Shown here piece after piece: positions 9,527 to 17,920 of a stretch of 32,000 nucleotides of DNA. The translations under genes and the position numbers were made by a program. Source of the DNA: Candidatus Saccharimonadota bacterium (GTDB lineage: Bacteria > Bacillota_I > Bacilli_A > Mycoplasmatales > Hepatoplasmataceae); NCBI GenBank assembly GCA_027925225.1, contig AP027131.1, forward strand, positions 540,001-572,000, read 5' to 3'. Each line of letters starts with the position of its first letter. Positions within the stretch are counted from its first letter, which is position 1. Below the pieces are notes generated by a model that was not told where the DNA came from, searched no databases, and was given only the letters and a program-made list of their open reading frames with translations.

Positions 9527-9541
9527 TACTTTTATTTTTTT
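9504..9541. terminator. Bidirectional intrinsic terminator between degV copy 2 (+) and tRNA-Trp(CCA) (-)
   Basis: Palindrome with core stem AAAAGTACT/AGTACTTTT (9512..9520 / 9525..9533) and loop AAAT. It is flanked by an A-tract and a T-tract, giving a U-run in both directions. The degV stop TAG (9524..9526) lies at the loop/stem junction. Confidence 0.7.
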
Positions 9542-9581
9542 TATTTAACAAAATGAGAATTATATCTTTTTATATTGTTGT

Positions 9582-9657
9582 TGGCGAGGGTGAGAGGACT
9601 CGAACCCCTAACCAATTGATCTGGAGTCAATTGCTCTTCCAATTGAGCTACACCCTC
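9582..9657 (-). tRNA. trnW: tRNA-Trp, anticodon CCA (reads UGG)
   Basis: Hand-folded cloverleaf: acceptor GAGGGTG/CACCCTC, D arm GCTC..GAGC, anticodon stem ATTGA/TCAAT with loop CTCCAGA (anticodon CCA), T arm AGGGG-TTCGAGT-CCTCT, discriminator G, encoded CCA. 76 nt. Confidence 0.93.
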
Positions 9658-9744
9658 ATTTAATAAAAAATTTTATTTTTTTAAATAAACTTTAATTTAA
9701 TATAATCATTAAATTAAATTTTATACTATAAAATTCACTATCTT

Positions 9745-9752
9745 ATTATACA
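9745..9752 (-). promoter_or_regulatory. Candidate -10 element (TGTATAAT on the minus strand) between the two tRNA-Trp genes
   Basis: Plus strand ATTATACA at 9745..9752, which reads TGTATAAT on the minus strand. It lies just downstream of the inter-tRNA terminator U-run and about 90 nt upstream of tRNA-Trp(CCA). Confidence 0.3.
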
Positions 9753-9762
9753 TTTATAAAAT

Positions 9763-9798
9763 AAAAAAAAGAAGGAGAAAACAAATATTCTCTCCTTC
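9763..9798 (-). terminator. Intrinsic terminator between tRNA-Trp(UCA) and tRNA-Trp(CCA)
   Basis: Minus-strand RNA: GAAGGAGA-12 nt loop-TCTCCTTC (8-bp GC-containing stem, 9791..9798 / 9771..9778). It is followed immediately by eight U (plus-strand A-run 9763..9770). It starts 10 nt after the tRNA(UCA) 3' end. Confidence 0.7.
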
Positions 9799-9808
9799 CA
9801 TTTATAAA

Positions 9809-9885
9809 TGGCAGGGGTGATAGGAATCGAACCCACAACCTTCTGATCTGAAGTCAGCTGCTCTGCCTAATTGAGCTACACCCCT
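9809..9885 (-). tRNA. trnW: tRNA-Trp, anticodon UCA (reads UGA and UGG; the table-4 decoder)
   Basis: Hand-folded cloverleaf: acceptor AGGGGTG/CACCCCT, D arm GCTC..GAGC, anticodon stem GCTGA/TCAGA with loop CTTCAGA (anticodon TCA), T arm GTGGG-TTCGATT-CCTAT, discriminator G, encoded CCA. 77 nt. Clearly paralogous to the CCA copy. Confidence 0.93.
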
Positions 9886-10114
9886 ATTTTTTTTTGTTAA
9901 CTTTTTTAGTTATTAAAGTAACTACATCTTGTACTGAATTTAAATTCAATAATTCACTATCTAAAAAAGTTATATCAAACTTTTCTTCAACTTTTATAAC
10001 AAAGTTTAATAAATCAATTGAGTCTATTCCAACATCCTTAAAAATTGTATCAATTTTAACTGTTTTATTAAATTCATTTTTGATTTCTTTTTTTAATATT
10101 TCAAAAATATTCAT
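9884..10114 (-). CDS. acpP: Acyl carrier protein (76 aa)
   Basis: Intact ORF. Carrier-protein helix-II motif GIDSIDLLNFVIKVEEKF with the Ser attachment site in DSID. Size typical of ACP. The stop TAG (9884..9886) overlaps tRNA-Trp(UCA) by 2 nt. Confidence 0.8.
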   Translation of the reverse strand: MNIFEILKKEIKNEFNKTVKIDTIFKDVGIDSIDLLNFVIKVEEKFDITFLDSELLNLNSVQDVVTLITKKVNKKK

Positions 10115-10129
10115 AGCAAAAAAATTATA

Positions 10130-10480
10130 CTATACTAAATAATAATGATAAATGTAATTTGAATCAATTAAATTTGTTTCTATATAAATATCATTATTAT
10201 TAAAATAAAAATCAATTTTTATTTTTTCATTTTCTGGGAAATATTGATTTTCTAAATTTTTTAAAAATTCATTTATAAAATTTTTTATAAAATAATTTTT
10301 CTCATAATGTGGTTTTTCTAAACAAATTGATTCATTTAAAACATTCAAATTAATTTCTGGTTTTTTTAATAAAAAATTATTTTTATCTTTTGAAAAATAA
10401 AATATGTTTAAAAAAATATAAACAATAAAAAACAAAATAAAGAAAAGAATAAAAATTTTTTTTATTTTTTTATTAATCAT
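10130..10480 (-). CDS. Hypothetical protein (116 aa) with an N-terminal membrane anchor
   Basis: Intact ORF MINKKIKKIFILFFILFFIVYIFLNIFYF..., with one TM helix then a N/Y/E-rich domain. Its ATG (10478..10480) overlaps the upstream gene's end by 8 nt. I recognise no family. Confidence 0.6.
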   Translation of the reverse strand: MINKKIKKIFILFFILFFIVYIFLNIFYFSKDKNNFLLKKPEINLNVLNESICLEKPHYEKNYFIKNFINEFLKNLENQYFPENEKIKIDFYFNNNDIYIETNLIDSNYIYHYYLV

Positions 10481-11633
10481 AAATAATCCAATTTTTTAAA
10501 TCATCAAAATTAACTTCACTATTAAAATCAGAAAAAGGAATTAAAAAACTAACACATTCAAAATTTTCTTTATTAAAATCATATTGATTGCTTTCTTTAA
10601 AAGAATACTTTGAATTATTACCATTTCTTAATGAATTATTAATATTAATTGGTAAATAAATATTAAATTCTCTTTGGATAAAACTTGTTGTCTTAAAAGA
10701 AAAAGTTATATAACCATTATTATTTTCATAATCTCATGGTAAAATTATTGAATTTTTTTCATAACTATATTTTTTGCTCCCTTTAGATGTGATGTTTTCT
10801 TCTAAATCATAATTAAATAAATCATCTACATAAAAAATAAAATAGTCATCTTTTTTTAAACAGTTAACTTTAAAAGATAAATACTCATTACTTAAACCAT
10901 TTAAATAAATTTGACCTTCACTAATATCATTTAAAATTAAATTATTTTTATTTTTATTTTGATCATACTTCATAATTAAAAGCACTTTTATATTTTTGGG
11001 GTAATCTAAATTATTTTTAAATGGTTTTAAAAATGTTATTTCTTCACCTTCAACTTTTGAATTATTATAAGATGTTGGAAGAAAAATATTTTGTACTAAT
11101 GAATTTTTAAAATTAATATTTATAACAGATTGATTTAAATCTTCAAAACTTAAAAATTCTTCTTCATATGCGCCCAAGCTTGTATAATTTTTAATTTTTA
11201 AAACAAGATCTTCTTCTAAAATATTTATTGGTAATGCAATTAAAACTTCTTCTTCGTCAAGATAATTTTCAAAATTTTTTGAATAAAAATATTTTTCATA
11301 AATCAAATTATTTTTATAATAAATTTCAGTTGTTAAATCTGTTGGTAAATAATCGTTATAATAATAAATTCCCTTATCATAAACAATATTTTCTTTGTAA
11401 TTATATTCATATAATAAAGTTAATTCTGTTTCGTTATTTTTTATATTCAAGTTTTTTACTTCAATATTAAATGGATTAAAAAGATATATTGGATTTAAAT
11501 AAAAATTTTTTTCTTTGTTTTCCTCAAAATCATAAAATGTATATGCTTCAGGATTATCTTTATATTGTCAAAGAAATCCAATATAGTTTTCAAAAAGAAT
11601 TATTCTTTCTTCATTTATAATTGGTTGTTGCAT
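10473..11633 (-). CDS. Hypothetical protein (386 aa), no recognisable family
   Basis: ORF-track fragment 10734..11450 extends in frame upstream to ATG 11633 (MQQPIINEERIILFENYIGFLWQYKD...). It extends downstream through TGA at 10734 to TAA at 10473..10475 (checked codon by codon). Tyr/Asn/Glu-rich, with no signal peptide or TM helix. Confidence 0.7.
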
Positions 11634-11673
11634 GCTTTAATACTATATAAACAAAAAAGTAATTCCCATTTTA

Positions 11674-13095
11674 TTAATATGCTCTTGCAAAATATGCAAT
11701 AATATTTGTTTTATTTGAAGAATTAATTGCCTTACCTTTTAAATTAGTTTTTTTAATTATTCTAATTGTTGCACCAGTTTTTTCTTTTATTCTTTTTTCA
11801 TCCTCTTCATTATCTTCTCAATAACATTTTGTAACAAAACCACTTTCAACATTTTTTTTAATTTCATCAATATTAGAAATTTCTTTTATTTTTTTATTAA
11901 AATTTTTATTTGCATTTTCTAATATTAATTTGTCATTTTCAAGCAATAATTTTTTTATTAAAGAAGAATCAAGATTTGACAAAACAATATTTGTTTTTGA
12001 TTTATCTGCTCTTTTTGTTATTGTTATTTTTTTTGATAATAATTCTTTATTTCCTATCTCTATTCTTAAAGGAATACCCATTACTTCATAATTTTGAATT
12101 TTAAATCCAATCCCTTTATCTGAAGTATCAACCAAAATATTAAAATTATTAGAAATTCTTTTTTTTAATTTGTTTATTAAATCATTTATTTTATCATTAT
12201 TTTCTTTGGAAAAAATTGTTGAAATAACAATTTGATAAGGAGCAATTTTAGATGGTAAAATAAGTCCATTATTATCAGAATGAGACATAACTAATGCACC
12301 GATTAAACGAGTTGAAACAGCTCAAGAAGTTTGAAATGGAAAAAATAATTTTCCATCTTTTCCTTGAATTCTAACATTAAATACTTTAGAAAAATTATTA
12401 GATAAATAATGTGAGGTTCCTACTTGAAGAGCTTGACCATCCTTTAAAATTGTTTCTACAGCATAAGTATCTTCTGCACCTGCAAATCTCTCTCTTTTTG
12501 TTTTCTTACCTTTTAGTAAAGGAAGTAACAAAAAATTCTTTAGAAAATTTTCATAGAGATCTAAAATCTTAAAAGCGAAATCTTCTGCATCTTTTTTACT
12601 TGCATGTGTTGTATGTCCCTCTTGTCAAAGGAATTCACTGTTTCTTAAAAAAGGTTTAGTATTTTTCTCTGCTCTAAATACACTTACTCATTGATTTAAT
12701 TTAATAGGAAGTTGATTATAACTTTGTAAAACATTTTTAAAATATTCATTAAATAAAACTTCTGATGTTGGTCTTAAGACTAATGCCTCATCTAATTTTT
12801 TTTCTCCTAAATTTGTTATTAAAAAAATTTCAGGAGAAAAACCTTCTACATGTTTTTCCTCTTTTTTTAGATAACTTAAGGGAAAAACAGAAGGAAAAAT
12901 TACCTCTTCAACCCCTAATTTAGAAAATCTTTTTGTAAGTTCTTTTTTAATATTATTTCATAAGCTAAAACCATAAGGCGAAAAAAATAATGTTCCTTTT
13001 ACTGGAGCATAAGATACCAATTTAGATTTAAGTACAATATCTGAATATCATTTAGAAACATCTTCTTCAAAAAGAGTAATTTTATTATTTTCCAT
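11674..13095 (-). CDS. proS: Proline--tRNA ligase (archaeal/eukaryote-like short type)
   Basis: Fragments 12322..12531 and 11818..12288 share a frame with ATG at 13095. Motifs: MENNKITLFEEDVSKWYSDIVLKSKLVSYAPVKG, RPTSE, EFLWQEGHT (W is TGA at 12625..12627), SHYLSNNF, and the C-terminal ...FARAY ending in Tyr. Stop at 11674..11676. Confidence 0.95.
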
Positions 13096-13138
13096 TTATT
13101 TTATTATCTCCTAATAATAAAAAATATTAGTCTTATAA

Positions 13139-13181
13139 ATTTATTTAAAATACTCTCATAATGAGAGTATTTTAAATAAAT
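13139..13181 (-). terminator. 43-bp perfect palindrome directly after rpsO (probable terminator/processing hairpin)
   Basis: Arms 13139..13159 and 13161..13181 are exact reverse complements centred on 13160 (core TACTCTCAT-A-ATGAGAGTA). It begins 2 nt after the rpsO stop and lies 44 nt upstream of the proS ATG. No clean U-run follows it. Confidence 0.5.
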
Positions 13182-13182
13182 A

Positions 13183-13452
13183 TTAATTTCTTATTTTTAA
13201 TTCTTTAATTATTTTATTATAACGATCTAAATCTTCTCTTTTTAAATAAGCAAGTAATGAACTTCTTTGTGACACTTTACTATAAAGTCCAGATTTTGAA
13301 TGAAAATCTTTTTTAAATTTTTTAAGATGTTCAGTAAGTTGTCAAATTTCATTAGTTAAAATAGCTACTTGGACTTCAATTCTCCCAGTATCTTTTTCAT
13401 TCTTACCAAACTCCTTAACGAGTTCTTTTTTTCTTTTTTTCTCAATAGCCAT
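13183..13452 (-). CDS. rpsO: 30S ribosomal protein S15
   Basis: Not in the ORF track (internal TGA). Table-4 translation: [89 protein letters not shown]. This matches the classic S15 pattern (DTGS.EVQ.A.LT..I..L..H....KD.HS..GL...V..R..LL.YL). Confidence 0.93.
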
Positions 13453-13461
13453 ACAAGAATT

Positions 13462-13469
13462 ATTATACA
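13462..13469 (-). promoter_or_regulatory. Candidate -10 element (TGTATAAT) only 9 nt upstream of the rpsO ATG
   Basis: Plus strand ATTATACA at 13462..13469. The minus strand reads TGTATAAT-aattcttgt-ATG. No Shine-Dalgarno lies between. It overlaps a 9-bp hairpin (13467..13475 / 13482..13490) downstream of ribF. Confidence 0.35.
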
Positions 13470-13505
13470 ATTTAAATAAGATTAAATTGTAATATTTTAA
13501 TAAAA

Positions 13506-14417
13506 TTAAATGTTAAAATAGTTCATTGCTCTTTTTTTGTCTAATTCAATTTCATCATAAAGTAATTTAATTGTTCTAAATTTTTTAGGTTCTCTTATAA
13601 ATTTTAAGAGTTCAACTGTTACTTCTTTTCCATAAATATTATTATTAAATTTTAAAATAAAAGTTTCATAAGAAATTTTCTTTTCATCAAATGTAGGATT
13701 CGTTGAAATAGAAGTAATTGAATAATATTTTAAATTATCAACAGTAATATAACTTGTATAAATTCCTTCTCTTGGGGTTTTTAATGAAGAAAAAACGCTA
13801 ACATTTGCTGTTGGTGTTTTATATTTTGTTCCTAATAATTTACCAGGAATAATTTTTCCTTGATAAAAGTAATTAAAATTTGTAAGCTTTTTATATTCTT
13901 CTACTTTGCCTTCAATTAAAATTAAATCCAAAAGTTTTGTTGAAATTATTTGTCCGTTATATTTTTCAAGAGGTAATAAAGAAAGAGAAAAATTTTGTTT
14001 AAATTCCAACAAATCATCTTTCCCATCTTTTTTATTTAATGTAAAGTTTTTTCCAATTACAACATTTTTTACATTTAAATAATCCTTTAGATACTTAAAA
14101 AAATCTTCTCTTGTAATTTCATAATTTTTTTTGTTCTCTTCAAAAATAAGAATGTAATCAGGATTATATTGCTTAATAATTTTTAATCTTGTTTCAAGAG
14201 GTAAAATACTTTTTCTATAATCTTTTAAAAAGCCATCATAATCAGAATAAAGCATTATTATTAATTCTTTGTTTTCTTTCAAAGAAATTTCTTTTGCTTT
14301 TTTAAAGATTTTTTGATGACCCTTATGAAATCCTATAAATTTACCAAGAGCAATAACTTTCTCTTTTTCTTTATTCAAAGGTAATCTAAAGTCAATATCA
14401 AATTCAATAATTTTCAT
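13506..14417 (-). CDS. ribF: Bifunctional riboflavin kinase / FMN adenylyltransferase
   Basis: Intact 303-aa ORF. N-terminal nucleotidyltransferase motif GKFIGFHKGHQ. C-terminal riboflavin-kinase region (PTANV..., GIYTSYI, ISTNPTF, EPKKF). Confidence 0.92.
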   Translation of the reverse strand: MKIIEFDIDFRLPLNKEKEKVIALGKFIGFHKGHQKIFKKAKEISLKENKELIIMLYSDYDGFLKDYRKSILPLETRLKIIKQYNPDYILIFEENKKNYEITREDFFKYLKDYLNVKNVVIGKNFTLNKKDGKDDLLEFKQNFSLSLLPLEKYNGQIISTKLLDLILIEGKVEEYKKLTNFNYFYQGKIIPGKLLGTKYKTPTANVSVFSSLKTPREGIYTSYITVDNLKYYSITSISTNPTFDEKKISYETFILKFNNNIYGKEVTVELLKFIREPKKFRTIKLLYDEIELDKKRAMNYFNI

Positions 14418-14471
14418 TAAAACAAACCCTTATTAATAAATTAAATATAACAAAAAATATATTTAGCTAAA

Positions 14472-15302
14472 TTATTTTAGCCTTTTTTCTAATTTATAAA
14501 TATCCTTTTTCACTTTTTTAAGTAAAACTTCTATATTTTCATTTTTTACAATTATTTCTTTTTCTGTCAAAGGAATGTCTACTTCTTTTCCTTCTAATAC
14601 TTTTTTGATCATTTCTTTACTAACATTCAAAATTCTAAAATTTAAAAGTTCATTTGAACTATATGCTTTTAAGTTTTCTTCAATATTTTGAGCATTTTCT
14701 AAAGAAACATTTCCTATTTTTTCTCTTTTAAGTTCTAAAAGCATTGAAGGGATATTTAATTTTTGTCCCAAATCATAAGCTATTTTTCTTATATATGTAC
14801 CTGATGAAACTTCTATTAAAAAAGAAAAAGTATTATTACTTTCTTTTTTAATTGAAAAAGAATAAATTTCTTTTTCACCTTCTTTTAAAGAAATTTCCTT
14901 TGATTCTCTTGCATATTCATATGCTTTTTTTCCATTTATTTTTTTTGCTGAATAAATAGGAGGAGTTTGTATTATTTTTCCTAAAAAATCTTTTTCTATA
15001 ATTTCTTTTAAAATATTTTCATCCAAATCTTTTATTTCTTTTTCTTCTGTTATTTTCCCGGTTGGATCTAATGTATCTGTAGTTTTTCCAAAATATATTT
15101 TTCCTGAATAAGTTTTTCTTTCTTCTAAAAACCTAGATAGAAGTTTTTTTTCTCCTTCTGTAGCAAGAATAATTATTCCCTCTGCGAAAGGATCTAAAGT
15201 ACCAGAGTGACCAATACTTTTAATATTTAATTTCTTTTTTAATTTAATTACTAAATCATTTGAAGTAATTCCTTTTTCCTTATTTAAAATATAGAAAGCC
15301 AT
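14472..15302 (-). CDS. truB: tRNA pseudouridine(55) synthase
   Basis: Intact 276-aa ORF with KEKGITSNDLV, the GHSGTLDPFAEGIIILA catalytic Asp motif, QTPPIYSAKKINGKKAYEYAR and GTYIR. Confidence 0.95.
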   Translation of the reverse strand: MAFYILNKEKGITSNDLVIKLKKKLNIKSIGHSGTLDPFAEGIIILATEGEKKLLSRFLEERKTYSGKIYFGKTTDTLDPTGKITEEKEIKDLDENILKEIIEKDFLGKIIQTPPIYSAKKINGKKAYEYARESKEISLKEGEKEIYSFSIKKESNNTFSFLIEVSSGTYIRKIAYDLGQKLNIPSMLLELKREKIGNVSLENAQNIEENLKAYSSNELLNFRILNVSKEMIKKVLEGKEVDIPLTEKEIIVKNENIEVLLKKVKKDIYKLEKRLK

Positions 15303-15414
15303 TATTAATAATTCCTTTTTTTCATATTAAAACACACCAATTTAAAGATAGTCTTTTTCTATGATACTTTTATTTTTTATTTAAATAACAAAAATAAATA
15401 AAAAATGCCACTAA

Positions 15415-15765
15415 TTACTTAGTAGCATCTTTTATTAAATTTTCTATTTTATTAATATCATCAATTAAATGATCTAATTTAAATTCAATTTGTGGAACAA
15501 ATCTAAGCGGAAGTTTTTTACTTAATATTCTTCTTATTTGTGATGTTTCTTTTTTTAAAAGACTAAATAATTTTTTTTCTTCTTCTTTATCATTTTTGTT
15601 TGTAATAAAACTTACAAAAACAATAGCAAGAGAATTATCTTTATTAAGCTTAACATCAGCTATTGTTGTTTTATTTCTTAAAGCATCAATATTTAATTCT
15701 TCTAAAATAATTTCAGAAATCAGAAGTTGAATTTTACTTTCAAGTTGTTCTCTTTTAAAATTCAT
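15415..15765 (-). CDS. rbfA: Ribosome-binding factor A
   Basis: Intact 116-aa ORF directly downstream of infB. RbfA-like pattern (…IADVKLNKDNSLAIVFVSF…LKKETSQIRRILSKKLPLRFVPQIEFKLD). Confidence 0.9.
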   Translation of the reverse strand: MNFKREQLESKIQLLISEIILEELNIDALRNKTTIADVKLNKDNSLAIVFVSFITNKNDKEEEKKLFSLLKKETSQIRRILSKKLPLRFVPQIEFKLDHLIDDINKIENLIKDATK

Positions 15766-15774
15766 AATATCTCC

Positions 15775-17634
15775 TTATTGTTTTACTTCTTTCTTTTCAA
15801 TAATTTTAAAAATATCGCCTTCTTTAATATCAGAATAATTTTTTAAGAAAACTCCACATTCATTTCCTTGTTTTACAATTTTTACATTATCTTTTTGTAC
15901 TTTTAATGAATCTATTTTTTGTTCATGTATTACTTTGTCATCTCTTAATATTTTTATAAAAGAATTATTATTAACAACACCTTTTCTAACAACTCCTCCA
16001 GCAATAACACCAATTTTTGAAATATTAAATACTTTTATTACTTCAATTTCACCTACTTCAGTTTCTACAATTTTTGGCGGAATAAAATCTTGTGTTTTTT
16101 CTTCTATATGTTCTAACAATTTATAAATAATATCAAATGAAAGAACACTTATATTTTTTTCTTTTATTGAAAATCTTATTTTCTCTGAAATCGGAAGATT
16201 AAATTGATAAATATAAGCATCAGAGGCTTCTGCTAAAAGTAAATCAGTAAAAGTAATTTCACCAACATCTTTTCTAATTATTTTTATTTCAACATTTTCA
16301 TTTCCAAATGAATCAATCTTATCGCTTAGTGCTTCTAGCATTCCTAAAGAATTAGCTTTTAAAATAATATTCATTATTTTTTTAGTTGCAAAAATTTTAT
16401 CTTTAAATAAAAGAAAAGGATCAATATCATTTTTATTATTGTCTTCTGAAAATCTAATGTTATCTTTTTTGCTTAAAAAAATTAAATTTGCAATTTTTTC
16501 AGCGCCTTTATCTTCTACTACAACAAAATTTGAACCAACTTCAGGAGAAAAACCTATACCATATATTTCTACAGGAACACTAGGATCTGCAAACTTAACT
16601 TGTTCTCCTTTTTCGTTTGAAAGTGATTTTATTTTTACAATTTTTCCGTCAATAAGAATTGAATCACCAATATGTAATTCACCACTTAAAACAATAATAT
16701 CAACTAAATTACCTCTATTCTTTGAAATATTAGACTCAATTACTGTACCAGAAGCAAGAGTATTAAATGGCACTTTAAGATCTAATGTTTCGGAAACGTC
16801 AATTATTGCTTGTAATAATTTATCAATATTTTTATTTTTTAATGCACTTATTTCAACAACTTTAATGTCTCCGCCTCATTCTTCTAAAATTAAACCATAC
16901 TTTATAAGTTCATCTTTTACAACTTTTAAATTAACATCTGGTTTATCAATTTTATTTATTGCAATAATTATCGGAATGTTTGCGGCTCTTGCATGATCAA
17001 TTGATTCTTTTGTTTGGGGCATAAGTGAATCGTCTGCAGAAACAACTATAACTGCAATATCTGTTACTTTAGCACCATTTGCACGCATTTTAGTAAATGC
17101 TTCATGACCAGGAGTATCAATAAAAGTAATTTTTTTTGAATTAAACTCTGCTTGATAAGCTCCAATTTTTTGAGTTATTCCTCCAATTTCACTTGAAGTA
17201 ATATTTGTTTTTCTAATAGTATCAAGCAAAGTAGTTTTCCCGTGATCAACATGGCCCATAATTGTAACAATTGGATTTCTTTGTTTAATTATTACATTTT
17301 TATTTTCTTGAAGTTTTTCTTTTAAAATTTGATTTATTCTCTCTAAAATATTAACTTCTGAAATATCAATAACTTTTTCAAAATTTAAATTTCTGTGAAG
17401 CGCAAGTTCAGCAATTTGATTATCATTAAGAATTAAATCTTCAATTTGATGTTTTATATTTAAAATTCTTTTTGCTTCATGTTTATTTAAACCAATAGTT
17501 GAAATAACATCTAAAAAATAATTATTGTCACCAAAAAACAAAGTATCATTTTTTAATGATAATTTTTCAACAAAAAAATCTGATAATTTAAATCCAATAC
17601 GTTTATTTGAAATTTCTTTATTTTTATTTACCAT
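15775..17634 (-). CDS. infB: Translation initiation factor IF-2
   Basis: Fragments 16876..17643 and 15775..16773 are in frame, joined by TGA at 16876 (ILEEWGGD). G-domain motifs [20 protein letters not shown] and NKIDK. I prefer the ATG at 17634 because GGAGGTG lies 8 nt upstream; the track's GTG at 17643 sits inside that Shine-Dalgarno. Confidence 0.95.
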
Positions 17635-17920
17635 TTTTATCACCTCCTTCAGCGATTATTTTTTTTACTTCTTCTTCTATTTGAGAAAAATTTCCATTTT
17701 TTTTATTTACATAAAATTTTAACGTTTTTAAATCTCTTATATTTTTAAGAGTTTCAATTTTAAAATAAATTCCTCTACCTAAATTTGAATTTAAAATTGT
17801 ATTACCATCTTTTGTAATTGCAATTCTTATCAAAAGATCTTTTTCATATTTTTTATGATCTATTACATTTGTTCTTTTGTTTTCAATTTTATTTTTCATT
17901 AAAAAATTAGTTGTATTCAT
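17624..17920 (-). CDS. ylxR: YlxR/DUF448 family RNA-binding protein
   Basis: Position between nusA and infB, and the motifs LLIRIA...GRGIYF typical of YlxR. The start is ambiguous: ATG 17920 overlaps the nusA end by 14 nt, and ATG 17899 (MKNKIENKR...) aligns better with the family N-terminus. The 3' end overlaps the infB ATG by 11 nt. Confidence 0.72.
   Translation of the reverse strand: MNTTNFLMKNKIENKRTNVIDHKKYEKDLLIRIAITKDGNTILNSNLGRGIYFKIETLKNIRDLKTLKFYVNKKNGNFSQIEEEVKKIIAEGGDKNGK

Noticed and set aside
9809-9885. Possibility that UGA encodes Gly (table 25) or that the UCA tRNA is a selenocysteine or suppressor tRNA
   Set aside because: The tRNA has a normal 7/5-bp acceptor/T arrangement and a short variable loop (not Sec-like). 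It is a close paralog of the adjacent tRNA-Trp(CCA). The TGA positions align with conserved Trp, not Gly.
16439-16996. 185-aa plus-strand ORF in the supplied track
   Set aside because: It is entirely antisense to the conserved G-domain region of infB, with a low-complexity S/I/F-rich product. It is a shadow ORF typical of AT-rich DNA.
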